Part shown: positions 61,620 to 64,000 of the stretch, in pieces | Layout of the letters: every line of letters starts with the position of its first letter | How positions within the stretch are numbered: position 1 is the stretch's first letter | Assembly: GCA_964416435.1 (NCBI GenBank) | Contig: CAYQEG010000004.1 | Coordinates: 29,378-93,377, forward strand | From: an uncultured Rickettsiales bacterium | GTDB taxonomy: Bacteria > Myxococcota_A > UBA796 > UBA9615 | Reading direction: 5' to 3' | DNA: 64,000 nucleotides | Made by a program: the position numbers and the translations under genes | Notes under the pieces: model-generated | Told to the model about the DNA's origin: nothing | The model's database searches: none | Seen by the model: the letters and a program-made list of their open reading frames with translations, nothing else

Positions 61620-62450
61620 TCAGAGCGCCGCGGACTCGATCAGCCAGGCCCAGATCTGGGCCGCGACCTCGTCGGGCCGCTCCAGGTGGGCGCAATGCCC
61701 GGCGCGCCGCACCGCCACGTGGCTGGCCCGCGGCAGCAGGCCGAGGAGATCGGCCGCGATGCCGCCGAACTTGTGGTCGTCGACGCCGGTGACGAGCAGC
61801 GTCGGCACCTGGAGATCCGCCAGTCGATCCCACACGGGCTCCATCGCCCCGGTGCCCATGCCTCGCAGCGACGCGGCCAGCCCTTCGGGCCGCTGCTCCC
61901 GTCGCCGCCGACGCAGGGGATCCCGCCAGCGCGGGTCGATCCGCTCCTGGCTGGCGATGACCGGGTGGCGCTCCCAGGCGTCGGCGAAGGAACCGACCCC
62001 GTCCCGCTCGATCGTGCTCGCCAGGGCCTCGTCCGACCGCTGGCGGGCCGCCCGCTCCGCCGGGTCCCGGATGCCCGGGCTCGCGCCGATCAGCACCAGC
62101 GCGGCGACCCGCTCGGGGTGGGTGAGGGCGAGGTGCAGCGCGACGCGTCCGCCCATCGAATAGCCGACGACCGGCACGCGACCCAGCTTGAGGTGGTTGA
62201 GCAGCCGCTCCAGGTCCGCGACCACCGAGCTCATCGTCCAGGCGGCCGGGTCCGCCGGCCCCTCCGTGCGTCCGTGCCCGGGGAGGTCCGGCGCTGTCAT
62301 CTGGCGCTGCAGGGCGTGGGCGAGGGCTGCGAAGTCGCGACCGCCGCCGCTGAACCCGTGCAGGGAGAGCAGCGAGGGCGGCTCCCCGTCGAACATCCAG
62401 ACGCGCCACCGCCGGTCCCCCAGGTGCACGTCGCGGCTGAGCGTCTCCAT
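61620..62450 (-). CDS. alpha/beta-hydrolase, MenH (SHCHC synthase)-like
   Basis: LLSLHGFSGGGRDF, nucleophile elbow VVGYSMGGRVAL, C-terminal AGHCAHLERP. The MenH assignment comes from overall resemblance only, and no men genes are nearby. Confidence 0.7.
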   Translation of the reverse strand: METLSRDVHLGDRRWRVWMFDGEPPSLLSLHGFSGGGRDFAALAHALQRQMTAPDLPGHGRTEGPADPAAWTMSSVVADLERLLNHLKLGRVPVVGYSMGGRVALHLALTHPERVAALVLIGASPGIRDPAERAARQRSDEALASTIERDGVGSFADAWERHPVIASQERIDPRWRDPLRRRRREQRPEGLAASLRGMGTGAMEPVWDRLADLQVPTLLVTGVDDHKFGGIAADLLGLLPRASHVAVRRAGHCAHLERPDEVAAQIWAWLIESAAL

Positions 62451-62476
62451 CGCGCAGCAGCGTAGACTGCCGGACC

Positions 62477-63343
62477 GTGCCGACGCGAACCTCCCTCCTG
62501 ACGATCCTCGGGTTCGGCCTCGCCGGCTGCCCGACGTCCCCCGATCCCGGTCCCCCCACAGAGGGCGAGCTGGACGTGCTGACGTACAACGTGCATGGCC
62601 TGCCCTCGAGCATCACCGGGGACGACACCGAAGCCCGCCTGGCTGCGATCGCGCCGCTCCTCGCCCCCTTCGACGTGATCGGCCTCCAGGAGGACTGGAT
62701 CGACACCAACCACGCGGTCCTGGAGGCCGGCGCGGGTCACCCGACCCGGCTGTGGTTCGCCGAGGTGCTCGACGACGACCGCTACTACGGCAGCGGCCTG
62801 GCGGTGCTGTCCGTGCTGCCGGAGGTCGACCACCGGCACGTGCACTACGACACCTGCAACGGCTTCCTGGACGGCGCCTCGGACTGCCTGGCGAGCAAGG
62901 GCGTGCAGGCGGTCCGGCTGGAGCTCGCCGAGGGGGTGACCTTCGACCTGTACAACACCCACTTCGAGGCCGGGGGCGGCGACGAGGACGACCTCGCGCG
63001 GGAGGCCCAGATCGAGGTCGTGCTCGACCTGATGAACTCGTGGTCGGCAGACCAGCCTCTGCTCTTCACCGGCGACTTCAACCTCCACCAGGGCGACGAT
63101 CCGGACGATGCGCAGCTGGCGCGCCTGACCGGGGGAGGGGGGCTGTCCGACTCCTGCGAGGCGGTCGCCTGCGAGGACCCGACGCACATCGATCGCGTCT
63201 TCTTCCGGGACGGTGGCGACCTGACCTGGACCGTGGAGGACTGGCGGGATCTCTCCGCGGACTTCCTGGACGACGAGGGAGTCGACCTGTCGGACCATCC
63301 GCCGATCGCGGCGACCATCGGCTGGACGACCGCGCCGCAGTAG
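62477..63343 (+). CDS. endonuclease/exonuclease/phosphatase (EEP) family lipoprotein
   Basis: GTG start. LLTILGFGLAGC lipobox. EEP motifs LTYNVHG, IGLQED, FTGDFN, LSDHPP. Confidence 0.75.
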   Translation: MPTRTSLLTILGFGLAGCPTSPDPGPPTEGELDVLTYNVHGLPSSITGDDTEARLAAIAPLLAPFDVIGLQEDWIDTNHAVLEAGAGHPTRLWFAEVLDDDRYYGSGLAVLSVLPEVDHRHVHYDTCNGFLDGASDCLASKGVQAVRLELAEGVTFDLYNTHFEAGGGDEDDLAREAQIEVVLDLMNSWSADQPLLFTGDFNLHQGDDPDDAQLARLTGGGGLSDSCEAVACEDPTHIDRVFFRDGGDLTWTVEDWRDLSADFLDDEGVDLSDHPPIAATIGWTTAPQ

Positions 63344-63412
63344 CGCACCCTGCCAGTTCGGCTTCCCCCTCGTGCACGCCCTGGCGGGCCGTGTGACCCG
63401 ATGGAGTGACCT

Positions 63413-64000
63413 GTGCAGCGACCGGCGCTGGACCCGAGAGCGTGGATGATGACGGGCGACCCGCCCCGGGCGCTCGCCGGCGATCCTGCGTTCGACTGGG
63501 GCGGCGACCAACCTCCCCGAACGCCCTGGAACGAGACCGTCATCTACGAGTGCCACGTGCGCGGCATGACGGCCCGCCACCCCGACGTGCGGCCCGAGCT
63601 CCGGGGCACCTACCTGGGCCTCGCCGAGCCCGCCGTCATCGACCACCTCCTGACGCTCGGGGTCACCGCGGTCGAGCTCATGCCGGTGCAGCACAAGCTG
63701 GATGAGGCTCGCCTGGGCGAGCTCGGGCTGAGCAACTACTGGGGCTACAACCCCGTCGGCTGGTTCGCCCCGGACGAGCGGTTCGCGACCGCGCCGGGGC
63801 GACAGCTGGACGAGTTCCGGGCGATGGTGCGCGCCCTGCACGCCGCGGAGATCGAGGTGATCCTCGACGTGGTGTTCAACCACACCGCGGAGGGCGGCGC
63901 GGACGGGCCGTCGCTGACGTGGAAGCTCATCGATCCGGCGCTCTACCGCCGCGACGCCAAGGGCCGGTACGTCGACTTCACCGGCTGCGGCAACACGGTC
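63413..64000 (+). CDS. glgX: glycogen debranching enzyme GlgX-like, partial (runs off window), N-terminally short
   Basis: Not in the ORF track because no stop occurs in the window. Translating from 63413 (GTG) or 63446 (ATG) gives ...PRTPWNETVIYECHVRGMTARHP...GTYLGL...LGVTAVELMPV...NYWGYNP...VILDVVFNHTAEGG...FTGCGNTV, matching GH13 GlgX regions. An in-frame TGA at 63407 caps the N-terminus. Confidence 0.8.
   Translation, partial: MQRPALDPRAWMMTGDPPRALAGDPAFDWGGDQPPRTPWNETVIYECHVRGMTARHPDVRPELRGTYLGLAEPAVIDHLLTLGVTAVELMPVQHKLDEARLGELGLSNYWGYNPVGWFAPDERFATAPGRQLDEFRAMVRALHAAEIEVILDVVFNHTAEGGADGPSLTWKLIDPALYRRDAKGRYVDFTGCGNTV

Noticed and set aside
1-64000. CRISPR arrays, rRNA genes, IS elements, prophage or toxin-antitoxin pairs.
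   Set aside because: I noticed no regularly spaced direct repeats with unique spacers, no rRNA-like conserved stretches, no transposase/integrase/recombinase-like translations, and no small paired ORFs of TA type on either strand.

Overview
This is a very GC-rich bacterial chromosomal segment (about 70% GC by eye, not computed). It carries Myxococcota hallmarks: two secreted proteins with MYXO-CTERM-like Cys/hydrophobic/RRR tails, a giant MopE-type Cys/Asp-repeat protein, a Ser/Thr kinase next to an FHA-sigma54 activator, and an MJ0042-type zinc-ribbon/GYF/TPR protein.

Positions 1-21.7 kb are an almost uniformly plus-strand housekeeping block: purH, purD, purE, tsaC, leuS, holA, rpsT (minus strand), lepA, lepB, pyrR-pyrB-pyrC, greA, recG and a long-chain acyl-CoA synthetase. 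Many junctions show ATGA/GTGA translational coupling.

The rest is accessory:
- an M64-like metallopeptidase
- an orphan histidine kinase followed by a polytopic membrane protein and an MscK-like channel
- a tRNA-Ala(GGC)
- a polyhydroxyalkanoate (PHA) locus: phasin-like gene, acyl-CoA ligase, PhaC-like synthase, PhaR, and a second Cys-nucleophile PhaC/PhaZ-like hydrolase
- an MBOAT plus two SGNH-like proteins (O-acetylation-type module)
- a TPR/beta-propeller protein
- dihydropyrimidinase
- an operon of TlpA-like lipoprotein, orphan type-III-like DNA methyltransferase and hydrolase-OsmC fusion
- a kinase-STAND-TPR protein, an FHA-sigma54 activator, a MenH-like hydrolase, an EEP lipoprotein, and an N-terminally short glgX that runs off the window

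The best candidate for an undescribed system is the tightly coupled operon at 31.4-38.9 kb. It fuses cytoplasmic PHA chemistry to an envelope module (two paralogous lipoproteins, a lipoprotein alpha/beta-hydrolase and an outer-membrane beta-barrel) and appears to sit behind a PhaR-type operator.

No CRISPR array, transposase, integrase or rRNA was seen. All calls come from reading the translations and the DNA; no database search was run.
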